From the NCBI GenBank assembly GCA_043798985.1, contig JAZDOE010000023.1:69626-125264 (forward strand): DNA of 55,639 bases, in the 5' to 3' direction. The DNA comes from Candidatus Falkowbacteria bacterium. GTDB taxonomy: Bacteria; Patescibacteriota; Patescibacteriia; UBA11705; JACRDX01. The translations under genes were made by a program, and so were the position numbers. Shown piece by piece: positions 28,453 to 38,498 of the stretch; within the stretch, counting starts at the first letter, position 1; each line of letters opens with the position of its first letter. Below the pieces are notes generated by a model. That model did no database searches. It was not told the DNA's origin and was given only the letters and a program-made list of their open reading frames with translations.

Positions 28453-28515
28453 GGCACTTGTGAGGGCTTTGGCTCTCTCGCGGTTAATTCATAAACCGCA
28501 GACGAGTGCTTTTTT
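28453..28515 (+). ncRNA. Candidate ~60-nt structured small RNA
   Basis: Closing stem GGCACTTG/CGAGTGCT, inner hairpins GAGGGC/GCTCTC and GCGGTT/AACCGC, ending in T6; starts 6-7 nt after the -10 above. Confidence 0.35.
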
Positions 28516-28518
28516 AAT

Positions 28519-29016
28519 TTAGTCGCTTTCAGGATCTCCTGAAAAAAATTTCTTCTTTTTTTCGCCATTCGCATTTATCGTTACTTTCCATGACGGATAT
28601 AAACTATAAAAAAATTTGGAGCCGCCTTCAATTTCTTTTACGACAACTTTGATCCTTGCATTATCTATAATGGCAACGAATACATAATAATACACCGGCA
28701 TTAAGCGCGATTCCCACCGAGCATTACTTTTCTGCACATTAATTTTCTGCCGAACAAACATCTTTCGTTCATCAAATTCCTGCAAGGTGTGCGATTGTCT
28801 TAATATAAGGGGTGCGAGTCGTAACAATTTAAGACGATTATACTGTTCAATTTCAGATCTCGTTTTATTCCACTCTTTAAACAATAAATGCTCAAACCCG
28901 ACTCTGTTAAAATGCACTTCGTCCTGTAAATAAGGACATCTCACTGCGCCAATCTTAAAATATTCCTCTTCCGCGCGCGCCCGAAGTAGTTTAAATTTTT
29001 CCTTATCCACCTCCAT
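28519..29016 (-). CDS. Hypothetical protein, possible BECR (barnase/EndoU/colicin/RelE)-fold RNase
   Basis: 165 aa between dnaK and dnaJ; CPYL, FN..GFEHL, R..RL, terminal beta strands ending FFYSLYPSW. Fold call is recollected resemblance only. Confidence 0.55.
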   Translation of the reverse strand: MEVDKEKFKLLRARAEEEYFKIGAVRCPYLQDEVHFNRVGFEHLLFKEWNKTRSEIEQYNRLKLLRLAPLILRQSHTLQEFDERKMFVRQKINVQKSNARWESRLMPVYYYVFVAIIDNARIKVVVKEIEGGSKFFYSLYPSWKVTINANGEKKKKFFSGDPESD

Positions 29017-29027
29017 AATTCAAAACG

Positions 29028-30941
29028 TCATTTCTTTTCCTTAAAATCCCCTTCTTGCGCGCCATTTCCATCCTTCTTTGGCTCGTTGGCAGACTCGCCC
29101 GGCGAAGCCTTAGCAGAGTCGGAATACATTGCTTGCCCAGCTTTCATTGCAACCTGATTTATTTCTTCAAGCTTTTTCTTAATCGCGTCAAAATCAGAAC
29201 CATCTTTTATCTTTTTCAACTCCTCAACTTTTTCAGTCAACTCTTTTTTAATATCTGCTGGAATTTTAACCTGCCCTGAGCCTGTCGAAGGGTCGCTTGA
29301 CTCTTTTAACATTTTTTCCGTGGTATAAACGACTGTGTCTGCCTGATTCTTAATTTCAATCTGCTCCTTTTTCTTTTTATCTTCTTCAGCGTGCAAATCC
29401 GCGTCTTTTTTCATTTTTTCAATGTCATCTTTTGACAAACCAGTAGTGCTGGTAATCGTAATGTGCTGCTCTTTGTTTGTCGCCTTATCTTTTGCGCTTA
29501 CATTCAAAATGCCGTTGGCGTCAATATCAAATTTGACCTCAACTTGCGGCACTCCACGCGGCGCGTTTGGTATTCCGTCAAGCATAAACCGCCCCAAAGT
29601 TTTGTTGTCAGTCGCCATGCCGCGCTCACCTTGCAAAACATGAATTTCAACCGAAGTCTGACTGTCGGCCGCGGTTGAAAAAACCTGCGCGCGTGAAACA
29701 GGAATAGTCGTATTGCGGTCAATCAATTTTGTCATAACTCCACCCAAAGTTTCCAAACCCAATGACAATGGTGTGACGTCCAGCAACAAAATGTCCTTGA
29801 CTTCACCTTGCAAAACTCCGCCCTGAATTCCAGCGCCAATCGCAACGACTTCGTCAGGATTTACGCCAACATGCGGTTTCTTTTTAAAAAATTCTTCAAC
29901 TTTTCGCAAAACCAAAGGCATGCGCGTCATTCCGCCGACCATAACAACTTCTTCCAAATCCTCAACTTTCAAACCAGCGTCAGCCAGCGCTTTTTTGCAC
30001 GGCTCTAATGTCGCGTCAACCAAATCAGCGATCAATTCTTCCAATTTCGCGCGCGTCACCTTTTTGACCAAATGCACGGGATTGCCACCTTTATCCTGCG
30101 CGATAAACGGCTGATTGATTTCAGTTTCCATTGCGGTTGAAAGTTCAATCTTGGCTTTTTCCGCTGATTCTTTTATCCTTTGCAAAGCCATTTGATCTTT
30201 GCCCAAATCAAGTCCTGTTTCTTTTCTAAAATCAACAATGATCCAATCAATGATTCGTTTGTCAAAATCATCGCCGCCCAAATGCGTGTCGCCGTTTGTT
30301 GATTTTACCTCAACGGTGTCAGCCGCAATATCCAAAATTGAAATATCAAAAGTGCCGCCGCCGAGATCATAAACTGCTATTTGCTGGCCTTTCTTTTTAT
30401 CAAAGCCATAGGCCAGCGCGGCGGCGGTAGGTTCATTAATAATTCTGCGAACTTTCAACCCCGCGATTTCGCCGGCGTCTTTTGTGGCCTGCCGTTGCGC
30501 GTCATCAAAATACGCAGGCACAGTGATTATCGCTTCTTCAATTTTTTCGCCCAACCGATCTTCCGCGTCTTGTTTCATTTTTTGCAAAATCATTGAAGAA
30601 ATTTCTTGCGGCGTATATTCTTTGTCCGCCATTTTTACTTTTACGCCATTTCCGGCTTTCACCATTTCATACGGCAATGTTTTCAAATCGCGCTGAACTT
30701 CCGCGTCTTCCCATCTTCGGCCAATCAGGCGCTTCACTGAAAAAATCGTGTTTTTCGGATTCGTCACAGCCTGCCGTTTTGCGGACAAACCAACTAACCG
30801 CTCGCCTGTCTTTGAAATTGAAACGACTGACGGCGTTGTTCTCGCGCCTTCTTTATTTTCCAAAACTTTTGGCTGACCACCCTCAATGATCGCCATGCAA
30901 CTGTTTGTTGTTCCCAAATCAATCCCTAAGATTTTCGGCAT
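29028..30941 (-). CDS. dnaK: Chaperone DnaK
   Basis: [42 protein letters not shown]. Confidence 0.98.
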   Translation of the reverse strand: MPKILGIDLGTTNSCMAIIEGGQPKVLENKEGARTTPSVVSISKTGERLVGLSAKRQAVTNPKNTIFSVKRLIGRRWEDAEVQRDLKTLPYEMVKAGNGVKVKMADKEYTPQEISSMILQKMKQDAEDRLGEKIEEAIITVPAYFDDAQRQATKDAGEIAGLKVRRIINEPTAAALAYGFDKKKGQQIAVYDLGGGTFDISILDIAADTVEVKSTNGDTHLGGDDFDKRIIDWIIVDFRKETGLDLGKDQMALQRIKESAEKAKIELSTAMETEINQPFIAQDKGGNPVHLVKKVTRAKLEELIADLVDATLEPCKKALADAGLKVEDLEEVVMVGGMTRMPLVLRKVEEFFKKKPHVGVNPDEVVAIGAGIQGGVLQGEVKDILLLDVTPLSLGLETLGGVMTKLIDRNTTIPVSRAQVFSTAADSQTSVEIHVLQGERGMATDNKTLGRFMLDGIPNAPRGVPQVEVKFDIDANGILNVSAKDKATNKEQHITITSTTGLSKDDIEKMKKDADLHAEEDKKKKEQIEIKNQADTVVYTTEKMLKESSDPSTGSGQVKIPADIKKELTEKVEELKKIKDGSDFDAIKKKLEEINQVAMKAGQAMYSDSAKASPGESANEPKKDGNGAQEGDFKEKK

Positions 30942-30949
30942 ATTTGTTA

Positions 30950-31070
30950 AAACTCGAAAACCGAAGCACTAAATCCGAAACAAATTCCAAATTCGAAATC
31001 AGAATATTTCAAACATTGGTACATTCTAATTTCGTGCTTGTTTAGGATTTCGATATTCGTATTTCGTATT
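30950..31070. repeat. 7-nt-periodic hairpin repeat between grpE and dnaK
   Basis: 30961-31000 is identical over 40 nt to the reverse complement of 10627-10666 inside lepA. Confidence 0.9.
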
Positions 31071-31072
31071 TA

Positions 31073-31618
31073 TTATGTGATTATTACCTTTGCTGCTTGC
31101 ACGACTTTTCCATGCAACTTATATCCGGGCTTTTTTTCTTCAACAATCAACCCACTTTCTTTTTCTGAACCTTCAACTTTTTCAATAGCCTCGTGAAACA
31201 TCGGATCAAACTTTTCTCCAACCGTTTTTATTTCCTCAACTCCATTTTCTTTTAAAAAATCTTCCAGCTGCTTCTTGATATGCGCGAAACCAACCATCCA
31301 CGCGCTGTTTTGTTCAGTAGCAGAAATCTTGCCGAACGCCAATTTAAAATTATCCAAAATCAACAAAAGCTCCAAAATCAAATTCTGATTCGCGAACTTC
31401 ACAAACTCCAATTTTTCTTTTGCAACATCTTTAACCAAATTTTGGTAATCTGCCATTGCCCGCTTCCAACCATTCAAATATTCCTCGCATCGCGAGCGTA
31501 GCGAAGCGATCTCATCAACTCCGTCATCGCTGTCACCCTGAGCCTGCTCGCCTTGGCATAGCCCCTCGGCGTAGCCAGGTCGAAGGGCGTCATTGTTATT
31601 TTTTTTGTCATCACCCAT
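31073..31618 (-). CDS. grpE: Nucleotide exchange factor GrpE
   Basis: WKRAMADYQN, LLLILDNF, GEKFDPMFHEA, GYKLHGKV. Confidence 0.95.
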   Translation of the reverse strand: MGDDKKNNNDALRPGYAEGLCQGEQAQGDSDDGVDEIASLRSRCEEYLNGWKRAMADYQNLVKDVAKEKLEFVKFANQNLILELLLILDNFKLAFGKISATEQNSAWMVGFAHIKKQLEDFLKENGVEEIKTVGEKFDPMFHEAIEKVEGSEKESGLIVEEKKPGYKLHGKVVQAAKVIIT

Positions 31619-31619
31619 A

Positions 31620-32324
31620 TTATTTTAATAATTTAACGCTTTCTTTTACCAACGCGTAATTTTTTTGATAATCCATGCGTTCTGGGCCGAGCAATCCAAT
31701 AATTCCTTTGAGCTCTCCGATTCTGTATTGAAAAACTATCAAAGTACACCCGCAACCAATCGGATTTTCATGCCCAATCAAAATTTCAGGCTCGTTAAAA
31801 TCTTTGTTTTCTAAATCTTTCAAACGCTTGTCCAGATGCTCAACAACAGCCGACAAATTAACAACCAATTCTTTGTTTTTAAATTCCGGCTGGCTGAAAA
31901 TATTGGCAAGGCCAGTATAATAATTATCGCATTCTGTAAACGTCACCATCACGCCTTGCTTTGAAAAATTGGCAATGGCTTTCGCGAAATTTTTTACTTT
32001 TATTTTATCGTCAACTTCTTCCTTTTTTATTTCTTCCAGAACAGTTGTCTCTTTTTTACTAAGCTCGCGCTCTTTATCTAAATAATTTTCAATATAAAAC
32101 TGGTAAGCTTTTTCAGTCGGAACGCGGCCGGCTGATGTGTGCGGCTGGAAAATAAAACCTTCGTTTTCAAGCGCGACCATTTCATTGCGAACAGTTGCTG
32201 GGCTGACTTTTTCTTTAATTTCCCCAACCAAAAAACCGGACGACAAAGGTTCGGCATTTTTAACAAATGTTTCAATAATTTTTTTCAAAAGTTTTTTCTG
32301 CCGCTCCGTTGGCATAGCCATCAA
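31620..32324 (-). CDS. hrcA: Heat-inducible repressor HrcA (short form)
   Basis: ERQKKLL, SPATVRNEM, QPHTSAGRVPT, GLLGPERMDY; 234 aa; downstream of CIRCE. Confidence 0.9.
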   Translation of the reverse strand: MMAMPTERQKKLLKKIIETFVKNAEPLSSGFLVGEIKEKVSPATVRNEMVALENEGFIFQPHTSAGRVPTEKAYQFYIENYLDKERELSKKETTVLEEIKKEEVDDKIKVKNFAKAIANFSKQGVMVTFTECDNYYTGLANIFSQPEFKNKELVVNLSAVVEHLDKRLKDLENKDFNEPEILIGHENPIGCGCTLIVFQYRIGELKGIIGLLGPERMDYQKNYALVKESVKLLK

Positions 32325-32440
32325 AAATTTCTAATTTTCAATTTCAAATTTTAAATGAATTTTTAAACCAAAATTTCAAAACATTCGAACATTCAGACAT
32401 TAAACATTGATTAAAAATTCAAAATTAGAAATTAAAAATT
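32325..32440. repeat. AT-rich 7-nt-periodic hairpin repeat (AAATTCA subtype) in the hrcA leader
   Basis: aattttcaatttcaaattttaaatgaattt...aacattgattaaaaattcaaaattagaaatt; same subtype as 53245-53360. Confidence 0.75.
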
Positions 32441-32450
32441 CTTTACTATT

Positions 32451-32479
32451 ATTCTATCAAACAAATTAGCACTCGTCAA
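32451..32479 (-). promoter_or_regulatory. Sigma70-type promoter of the hrcA operon
   Basis: TTGACG(32474-32479)-17-TAGAAT(32451-32456) with extended TG; overlapped by CIRCE. Confidence 0.7.
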
Positions 32480-32492
32480 TAGAGAGTGCTAA
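32466..32492. promoter_or_regulatory. CIRCE element (HrcA operator)
   Basis: Perfect TTAGCACTC-N9-GAGTGCTAA. Confidence 0.97.
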
Positions 32493-32514
32493 TTATCAAA
32501 ACGTTTGCGCCTTT

Positions 32515-34194
32515 TTATTTCACTTTCCCTCCCTTGAGCCAACCGACTTTGTCGGCAATTAAATTTGTTGTCAACGGCTCAACGCTAAAAACCAACTCTT
32601 GACCGGTCACAGAATCTTTGCCCGTTATCATAATATTTTTTACCAATTCCGCGTATGCGCCTTTTTGATCAGCCGTTGGAGTTAGACCAACTTCAAACGC
32701 GAATCCGAAATTTTGCGCGCCGGTAGGTATCTCTGAAATCTGCCAAACAACCCGGCGCGCCGTCTCATCAAATTCTAACGCGTCGCCAACTGTGACGTTA
32801 AATTTATCCAACCAGCTTACATTTTTCGCCAACGTTGCTTCAACCCGCACGTTTTCAACATTATTGATATCATTCACCGCGCCGACAAAAATCCAATATT
32901 TTGTTTCGGCGCCGATTTTTGGCGGCAATGGACCGCGGCCAAGTTGTTCTCCGAAATCAGTAAAATATCTTACGGCCGCGGTTAATCCCAAATTAGAACT
33001 CAATGGAATTGTTAGTTCAGAAGATGGCATTTCAACCGGCAATTTGCCTAAATTGTAAAAAACAATCAACCGCGCCTGCAAAATCGGCAAAGCGCCTGCA
33101 AAATATTTTTTGATTCCTATTTTCAACGGGATCTCGCCGTTTTCATTAGGTTGAATCAGCGCCAGCCGCGAAAAATCCTGCGCAGTAATTGTTTTGCTGG
33201 CCGCGCTCCAATAATCTCCCATCAATTCCAATTTAAATTTCACATCGCTCAAACTGGACTTGCCATTATTCGCGTACTTAATAACAAAATCAACCCCGCC
33301 GTTGGGCTGAACCAACTTGTTTTCGCGGCTCAACGTTGCAACAAAATTTGAATCAATCAATTCAATGGTTTTAGAAATCTTCGCGATTTCAATTTTCTTT
33401 CCTGCAATTTCGGTCAGCACAGAAACCTGCTGGTTGATCGTTTTATCGCCAGACAACGTCATTGCGCCCGAAATTTTTCGCGTTTCTTTTGCCTGCAAAT
33501 TATCAATTGTAAAGCTTTCATTCAACGCGGGTTGAACAAAAATTTTGTTCAATGGAATATTCAAACCATTTGTCACGCTAATTTCAAGATTCCACGCTTG
33601 CCCGTTCACAGCTTTGTCCGGAAAATTCGTAACCAACACCACATCACTCTTGCTGATTTTGTATTCAAACAAATATGGCGTTTGAAAAAGCCCCCAAAGT
33701 TTTTGCCCCTGCCTGTCTGTTTTATAATAATTCACATTAACAACCAAACGTTGCTTTTCAGCCAAACTGCCCCAGATTTCACCGTTTAACTCCAGCGAAC
33801 CGCCTGCTCCGGCTTTCAATTTACCAACATCCAAAAGGTTGTGTTCAAAATCATACTGCTTTTTGTTTGTCGTTTTCAAAACAAAACCTTGCGGCAATTT
33901 TATTGCGATGCTGAATTCATCCAAATCAAAATCATTTCCATTTTCGTAATTGATGACAAAAATATTTTCTTGGCCAACGGTAACACTTTCGTTTCGCAAT
34001 GAAATTTCAATATTCGTTTTATCAATCAAATAATGCAGCCCGCCAAAAACCCAAAACAACAGCATGCTGATTATTATCATCGCGGCGCCGAGAATTATCG
34101 CGTCCAAAGCCAGATGCTTTTTGTTAAATTTATATCTTATTTCCCATCGGCGTCGCCATTTTTCCATTAAATACCGCAAAAAATATTTTGCCAT
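32515..34194 (-). CDS. Membrane-anchored protein with probable Ig-like beta-sandwich domains
   Basis: 559 aa; one N-terminal TM; repeated beta-rich segments (e.g. FVINYENG, FVIKYANNG). Confidence 0.75.
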   Translation of the reverse strand: MAKYFLRYLMEKWRRRWEIRYKFNKKHLALDAIILGAAMIIISMLLFWVFGGLHYLIDKTNIEISLRNESVTVGQENIFVINYENGNDFDLDEFSIAIKLPQGFVLKTTNKKQYDFEHNLLDVGKLKAGAGGSLELNGEIWGSLAEKQRLVVNVNYYKTDRQGQKLWGLFQTPYLFEYKISKSDVVLVTNFPDKAVNGQAWNLEISVTNGLNIPLNKIFVQPALNESFTIDNLQAKETRKISGAMTLSGDKTINQQVSVLTEIAGKKIEIAKISKTIELIDSNFVATLSRENKLVQPNGGVDFVIKYANNGKSSLSDVKFKLELMGDYWSAASKTITAQDFSRLALIQPNENGEIPLKIGIKKYFAGALPILQARLIVFYNLGKLPVEMPSSELTIPLSSNLGLTAAVRYFTDFGEQLGRGPLPPKIGAETKYWIFVGAVNDINNVENVRVEATLAKNVSWLDKFNVTVGDALEFDETARRVVWQISEIPTGAQNFGFAFEVGLTPTADQKGAYAELVKNIMITGKDSVTGQELVFSVEPLTTNLIADKVGWLKGGKVK

Positions 34195-34206
34195 ATAGTT
34201 ATAAAA

Positions 34207-36219
34207 TTAAAATGCGGATAATGTAAAAACATTTGTTGTCAGCGCGATAATCTCATCTGTTTTATCACCATCAACATCAACTGCCGCGACTTTTACTCCG
34301 TCGCGCAATGTTTCAGAAAACGCATAAAACGAATTTATCACTGCGCCGCGTTTGTCAAAAATTTTGATTTGCGGCGCAGCTCCAACGCCAGATCCGGTAA
34401 TAATTTCGTCGCGGCCGTCGCCATTAATATCGCCAACCGCGACATTAACTCCTGTTCTGGATTTTGAAGAATACGCGAAAAATCCAGGATTAATCAACTG
34501 ACCATCTAAATTAAAAATTCTCACATGCGGCCCGCCGCCAAATCCCGCGCCAGTAATAATTTCATTCGCGCCATTGCCATCAATATCTCCGACTGCCACA
34601 GTCACGCCGGTTTTAACACTTTGCGCGTACGCCATAAAGCCGGGATTCAGCATTTTGCCGCTTAAATTGAAAATCTTTATATGCGGCCCCACCCCTTTTC
34701 CCGGACCGGTCACAATTTCCATTGTCCCGTTTTTATCAACATCAACCAGCGCGAAATTAATCGTACCTTTATATTTGTCGCTATACGGCCAAAAGCCGCC
34801 CATATCATCGCCATTCGCGGCAAAAATATTTATTTTTCCCAAATCAGCAACAACCATTTCCAGCTGACCATCTCCATTTACATCTTTTTTAATCATCTGC
34901 GTGCCACCTTTGAATTTTGATTCATAAGCAAAAAAACCATTGCGAACGCTCTGCCCTGTTCCGTTCAAAATACGAGCAAAAGAGCCATTGCTAAAAACAG
35001 CGTTTGTTAATTTATCAATTGGTCGCAACAAAACCAACCCATCCCTTGGCGCCAATTCCACGTCTTCAACAAACGAGCCATCATTTGTATCAGGATCTTG
35101 CGTTCCATGAATTTTTTCATACTCACCGTCAAGCATTATCTGCTGCGTTGAACCACTACTGTTGGCAATTACCAACCCATTTTCAAAATCCCTGCGCCAC
35201 ACCCCATCGCGAAAATCTGCTTTTCCGAAAACTTCCTTGGCCCCGCCAACGGCGGGGCCCAAATACGCGTCATACTCGTCATACCACCAAATCTCATGGT
35301 GCGTCTGGTCGCCATTATCAAAAGAATAATACCCATCATCCAACATCGCGCTCGCCAAACCAAATCTCATTTTTTGAAAATCATTTTTATTTCCAGTGTT
35401 ATCAACATTCATGTTCAAAATACCAATCCCTGGATATTGGCCATTATCAATAATAAACGAATATTTTTTCATTGTGTCGCGCCAACCCTTATCAGGAAAA
35501 TGCTCATACAAAACACCGCTCACAGAATCATGATAAAATTCGCCGCCATTTGTCACCAGCAGTTTGTCACTCCCAATTTTTGAACGAACGTTTTGCAAAA
35601 GTTTAATCATACCTTCCTGCCACTTCTGATTCAATTTCAAACTATCGTCAGCCACACCGTCATTATCAATATCAACGCTGAACTTACCCTGCAAAAACGA
35701 AACGTCGCTCCAAACATTGTCCAGAAAAACGCCATCCCAATAGCCGCTCGCCATCAAATCGTCTTTTAAAAATTGCGACAAAGTCGCGCTCCAATTGTCC
35801 TGCGCAGAATAAACATTAACAAGCGGATTGCCGGGCCACCACTCTATTTTATTACCGCCTACATCGCGCAACCACCAATTATTGCCAATTTGATTAAACA
35901 ATTTTTGCCGCAAACTTCCACTTAAACCGCCAGCGTCTCCACGAATGTCAGCGCTGGCCAAATAAGCAAGTAATTTAATGTTTGGATTATATTGTTTAAT
36001 CAAATTCAAAGACGCTGGAGTCAATCGCGCAACCTCCATGTCTATTACCAAAATATCCCATTGAGCCAACTGTTTTGCTTCTGCTGATGTAATGTCCCAA
36101 CGAAAAAACAAATTGGCCAATTTTGGAAAATCGTGGTTGATCGCTGTTGTCGCGCAAATAAGGCCGGGCGCGACCGCGACAACAATCAAACAAATAATAA
36201 ATAAAAACTTACGCGACAT
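34207..36219 (-). CDS. Secreted putative glycoside hydrolase (GHL15-like) with FG-GAP-type repeats
   Basis: Signal peptide; WDGVFLDN, YYSFD, WWYDEY, GVWRRDFENG; five D-x-D/N-G-D-G..EI repeats with GxGxGGGPHVRIF-like segments. Confidence 0.7.
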   Translation of the reverse strand: MSRKFLFIICLIVVAVAPGLICATTAINHDFPKLANLFFRWDITSAEAKQLAQWDILVIDMEVARLTPASLNLIKQYNPNIKLLAYLASADIRGDAGGLSGSLRQKLFNQIGNNWWLRDVGGNKIEWWPGNPLVNVYSAQDNWSATLSQFLKDDLMASGYWDGVFLDNVWSDVSFLQGKFSVDIDNDGVADDSLKLNQKWQEGMIKLLQNVRSKIGSDKLLVTNGGEFYHDSVSGVLYEHFPDKGWRDTMKKYSFIIDNGQYPGIGILNMNVDNTGNKNDFQKMRFGLASAMLDDGYYSFDNGDQTHHEIWWYDEYDAYLGPAVGGAKEVFGKADFRDGVWRRDFENGLVIANSSGSTQQIMLDGEYEKIHGTQDPDTNDGSFVEDVELAPRDGLVLLRPIDKLTNAVFSNGSFARILNGTGQSVRNGFFAYESKFKGGTQMIKKDVNGDGQLEMVVADLGKINIFAANGDDMGGFWPYSDKYKGTINFALVDVDKNGTMEIVTGPGKGVGPHIKIFNLSGKMLNPGFMAYAQSVKTGVTVAVGDIDGNGANEIITGAGFGGGPHVRIFNLDGQLINPGFFAYSSKSRTGVNVAVGDINGDGRDEIITGSGVGAAPQIKIFDKRGAVINSFYAFSETLRDGVKVAAVDVDGDKTDEIIALTTNVFTLSAF

Positions 36220-37423
36220 ATTTATAAACAGCCATTAACGCTTCGTAATACAGCCTTGAACAATTTTTTTGTTCAACGATTTTTCTGGCATTACTACCGC
36301 ACTCTTTTATTAAATCTTCATTGCCAACTACCTTTTGAATTTTGTCTATCAAATCCTCCGCGTTCAACGGCTCAAACAACCAGCCGGTTTTATCATTTTC
36401 AACCATCTCGGGAATGCCGCCGATCCGCGCGCCAAGAACCGGCTTGCCACTGGCCATTGCCTCCAAAATCGCCATTGGGTAATTTTCATACCACTCTGAC
36501 GGAACAACAATAAATCTTGCATAGCGGATAATGTCATCCAATGCGCTACCATAACGGCTACCTAAAAATTCAACATTCTTAATATTTTTTTTCATTACAT
36601 AGTTTACAAGGTGCGACCGCAAAGGGCCATTGCCCACAATTTTTAGAGCCACATCTGGCAATTCTCGCATGGCCTTCAACAAAGTAACCAGCCCCTTTTC
36701 CTCGCTCAACCGGCCAACATACAACAAATAGTTTCCCGGCTCTGGATTTGGTACATACTGCTCAAAATTAACGCTGTACGGAATGTGATAAATCGGTTTT
36801 ATGACGCCCCATTCTTGCATTTTATTTTTTAAAAACAAACTTGGCGCGATGAATGCATCCACTTTTTCTTCGTACAACTTAAACAACCGCTGGAAAGATA
36901 AATCTGTGGCTAATAACGCGCTTTTTACTACTGAATTTGCAACGCACTTATGCAAAATCGCATTGTAAAATTTACGTTTTTTGCATCGTTCACAAACCTG
37001 ACCACCGGTGAACATTCTGTAATTTGGGCAAATCAGCTGATAATCATGCAGAGTCTGCACAATTGGAATTTTATTTTTTTTCAACGCGCTCAAAATTGAA
37101 ACGGTAAGCTGATGAGTAAAATTATGCAAATGCGCCACATCAGGTTGCGCCTGCTTAATCAATGTTTCAATCTTTGAACGAGATTCCAACGAATATAAAA
37201 AATGGCCGGCCTTTTTCAAACCTGCCAAAGTGCCGCTGGCTTTTGAAAAATCTATATTCTCAATAAAATAATCTGAAAACTGCGACGGAAAATTATTATC
37301 ATCTTTCATGGAAAACGTCGCAACATCATGTCCCCGCTCCTCCAAAATTCTTATGGTATCAAAAAAAACGCGCCCACTTCCGCCTTTGATGTAAAAAAAT
37401 TTATTTGCCTGCAAGACCTTCAT
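36209..37423 (-). CDS. Glycosyltransferase family 4
   Basis: VAHLHN, QTLHDY, YVGRLSEEKG, PSEWYENYPMAILEA. Confidence 0.92.
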   Translation of the reverse strand: MKVLQANKFFYIKGGSGRVFFDTIRILEERGHDVATFSMKDDNNFPSQFSDYFIENIDFSKASGTLAGLKKAGHFLYSLESRSKIETLIKQAQPDVAHLHNFTHQLTVSILSALKKNKIPIVQTLHDYQLICPNYRMFTGGQVCERCKKRKFYNAILHKCVANSVVKSALLATDLSFQRLFKLYEEKVDAFIAPSLFLKNKMQEWGVIKPIYHIPYSVNFEQYVPNPEPGNYLLYVGRLSEEKGLVTLLKAMRELPDVALKIVGNGPLRSHLVNYVMKKNIKNVEFLGSRYGSALDDIIRYARFIVVPSEWYENYPMAILEAMASGKPVLGARIGGIPEMVENDKTGWLFEPLNAEDLIDKIQKVVGNEDLIKECGSNARKIVEQKNCSRLYYEALMAVYKYVA

Positions 37424-38498
37424 ACATCTTCATATATTGCTGCGCCATAACATTCAAATCAAACTTCGCGACAACTTCGGCCTGTAGTTTTTGCGCCATG
37501 CGCCGCGCCTGCTCTGGATTCGCGATCACCCAATTCAAATGCGCGACAAGTTGTTCAATGCGCTTTGCCTTAAACAATTTTCCTGTCACGCCATTAGAAA
37601 CCACCTCTGGCACGCCGCCCACGCGCGTGGCAATGACAAAACATCCGGCAGCCGCCGCCTCAAGCAATGCTAGGCTTAACCCTTCGCTGGCTGACGGCAA
37701 AACGAAAATATCAATATTACGCAAAACAGGCATCACATCTTCAAGCTCGCCCAAAAACTTAACTTTATTTTCAATGCCCAACGAATGAACCAATTTCTCC
37801 AGCAATGCGCGGCATGGCCCCGCGCCCGCGAACAGCATTTGCCAATTTCTATGCAACAACAAACGGCCAGCTCGCAATAAATGTTTGTGCCCTTTTTCCT
37901 TGCTCATACGGCCGACCGCGCCGATTGTCACCAAATCTGTTTTTAAAATATTTTTACCCGGATTATAAAACTTTGTCATGTCAATGCCATTGTATATTAT
38001 TGTGATCTTCTGAAAATCAATGCCTTCTTTTTTAACCAAATGCTCAAATATAAATTGAGAAATCGCCACAACTTTATCGCACTTTTTTCTTGCCCATTTT
38101 CCTAAAAAATCCCGCGGCCAACCTTCTTTTAAAACATCGTGACGGGTTGAAATCAACTGCGGTACCCCAGCGCGGCGAGCGGCAATTCCGCCCCAAAAAT
38201 CGCCGGCAAACAAATGAGTATGCGCAACATCCGGCCGCTCGCCGCGCAAATAATCTGCCAAACGTTTAATTACCGCAAAATCCCATTTCTCCGCCTTATT
38301 AAAATTAACAACCTTAATTCCGGCTGTTTCAAACATCTTTTGCGCCGCGCCGCCGCCATGCACTGTGACGACCTGCACGCTAAATTTTTCCTTGTCTATT
38401 TTTCTGCACAAATCATAAAGCAGCCGCTCTGCGCCGCCCATTTGCAATTTGCCAATTATATGGATTATTTTTATTTTTCCCATAAAATTATTGTTCAT
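37401..38498 (-). CDS. Glycosyltransferase family 4
   Basis: GGAER, AHTHL, IYNGID, VGRMSKEKGH, PSASEGLSLALLEA. Confidence 0.92.
   Translation of the reverse strand: MNNNFMGKIKIIHIIGKLQMGGAERLLYDLCRKIDKEKFSVQVVTVHGGGAAQKMFETAGIKVVNFNKAEKWDFAVIKRLADYLRGERPDVAHTHLFAGDFWGGIAARRAGVPQLISTRHDVLKEGWPRDFLGKWARKKCDKVVAISQFIFEHLVKKEGIDFQKITIIYNGIDMTKFYNPGKNILKTDLVTIGAVGRMSKEKGHKHLLRAGRLLLHRNWQMLFAGAGPCRALLEKLVHSLGIENKVKFLGELEDVMPVLRNIDIFVLPSASEGLSLALLEAAAAGCFVIATRVGGVPEVVSNGVTGKLFKAKRIEQLVAHLNWVIANPEQARRMAQKLQAEVVAKFDLNVMAQQYMKMYEGLAGK

Noticed and set aside
28451-28512. Second CIRCE before dnaJ (TTGGCACTT...GAGTGCTTT)
   Set aside because: Half-sites are 44 nt apart rather than 9; better read as the closing stem of the candidate sRNA.
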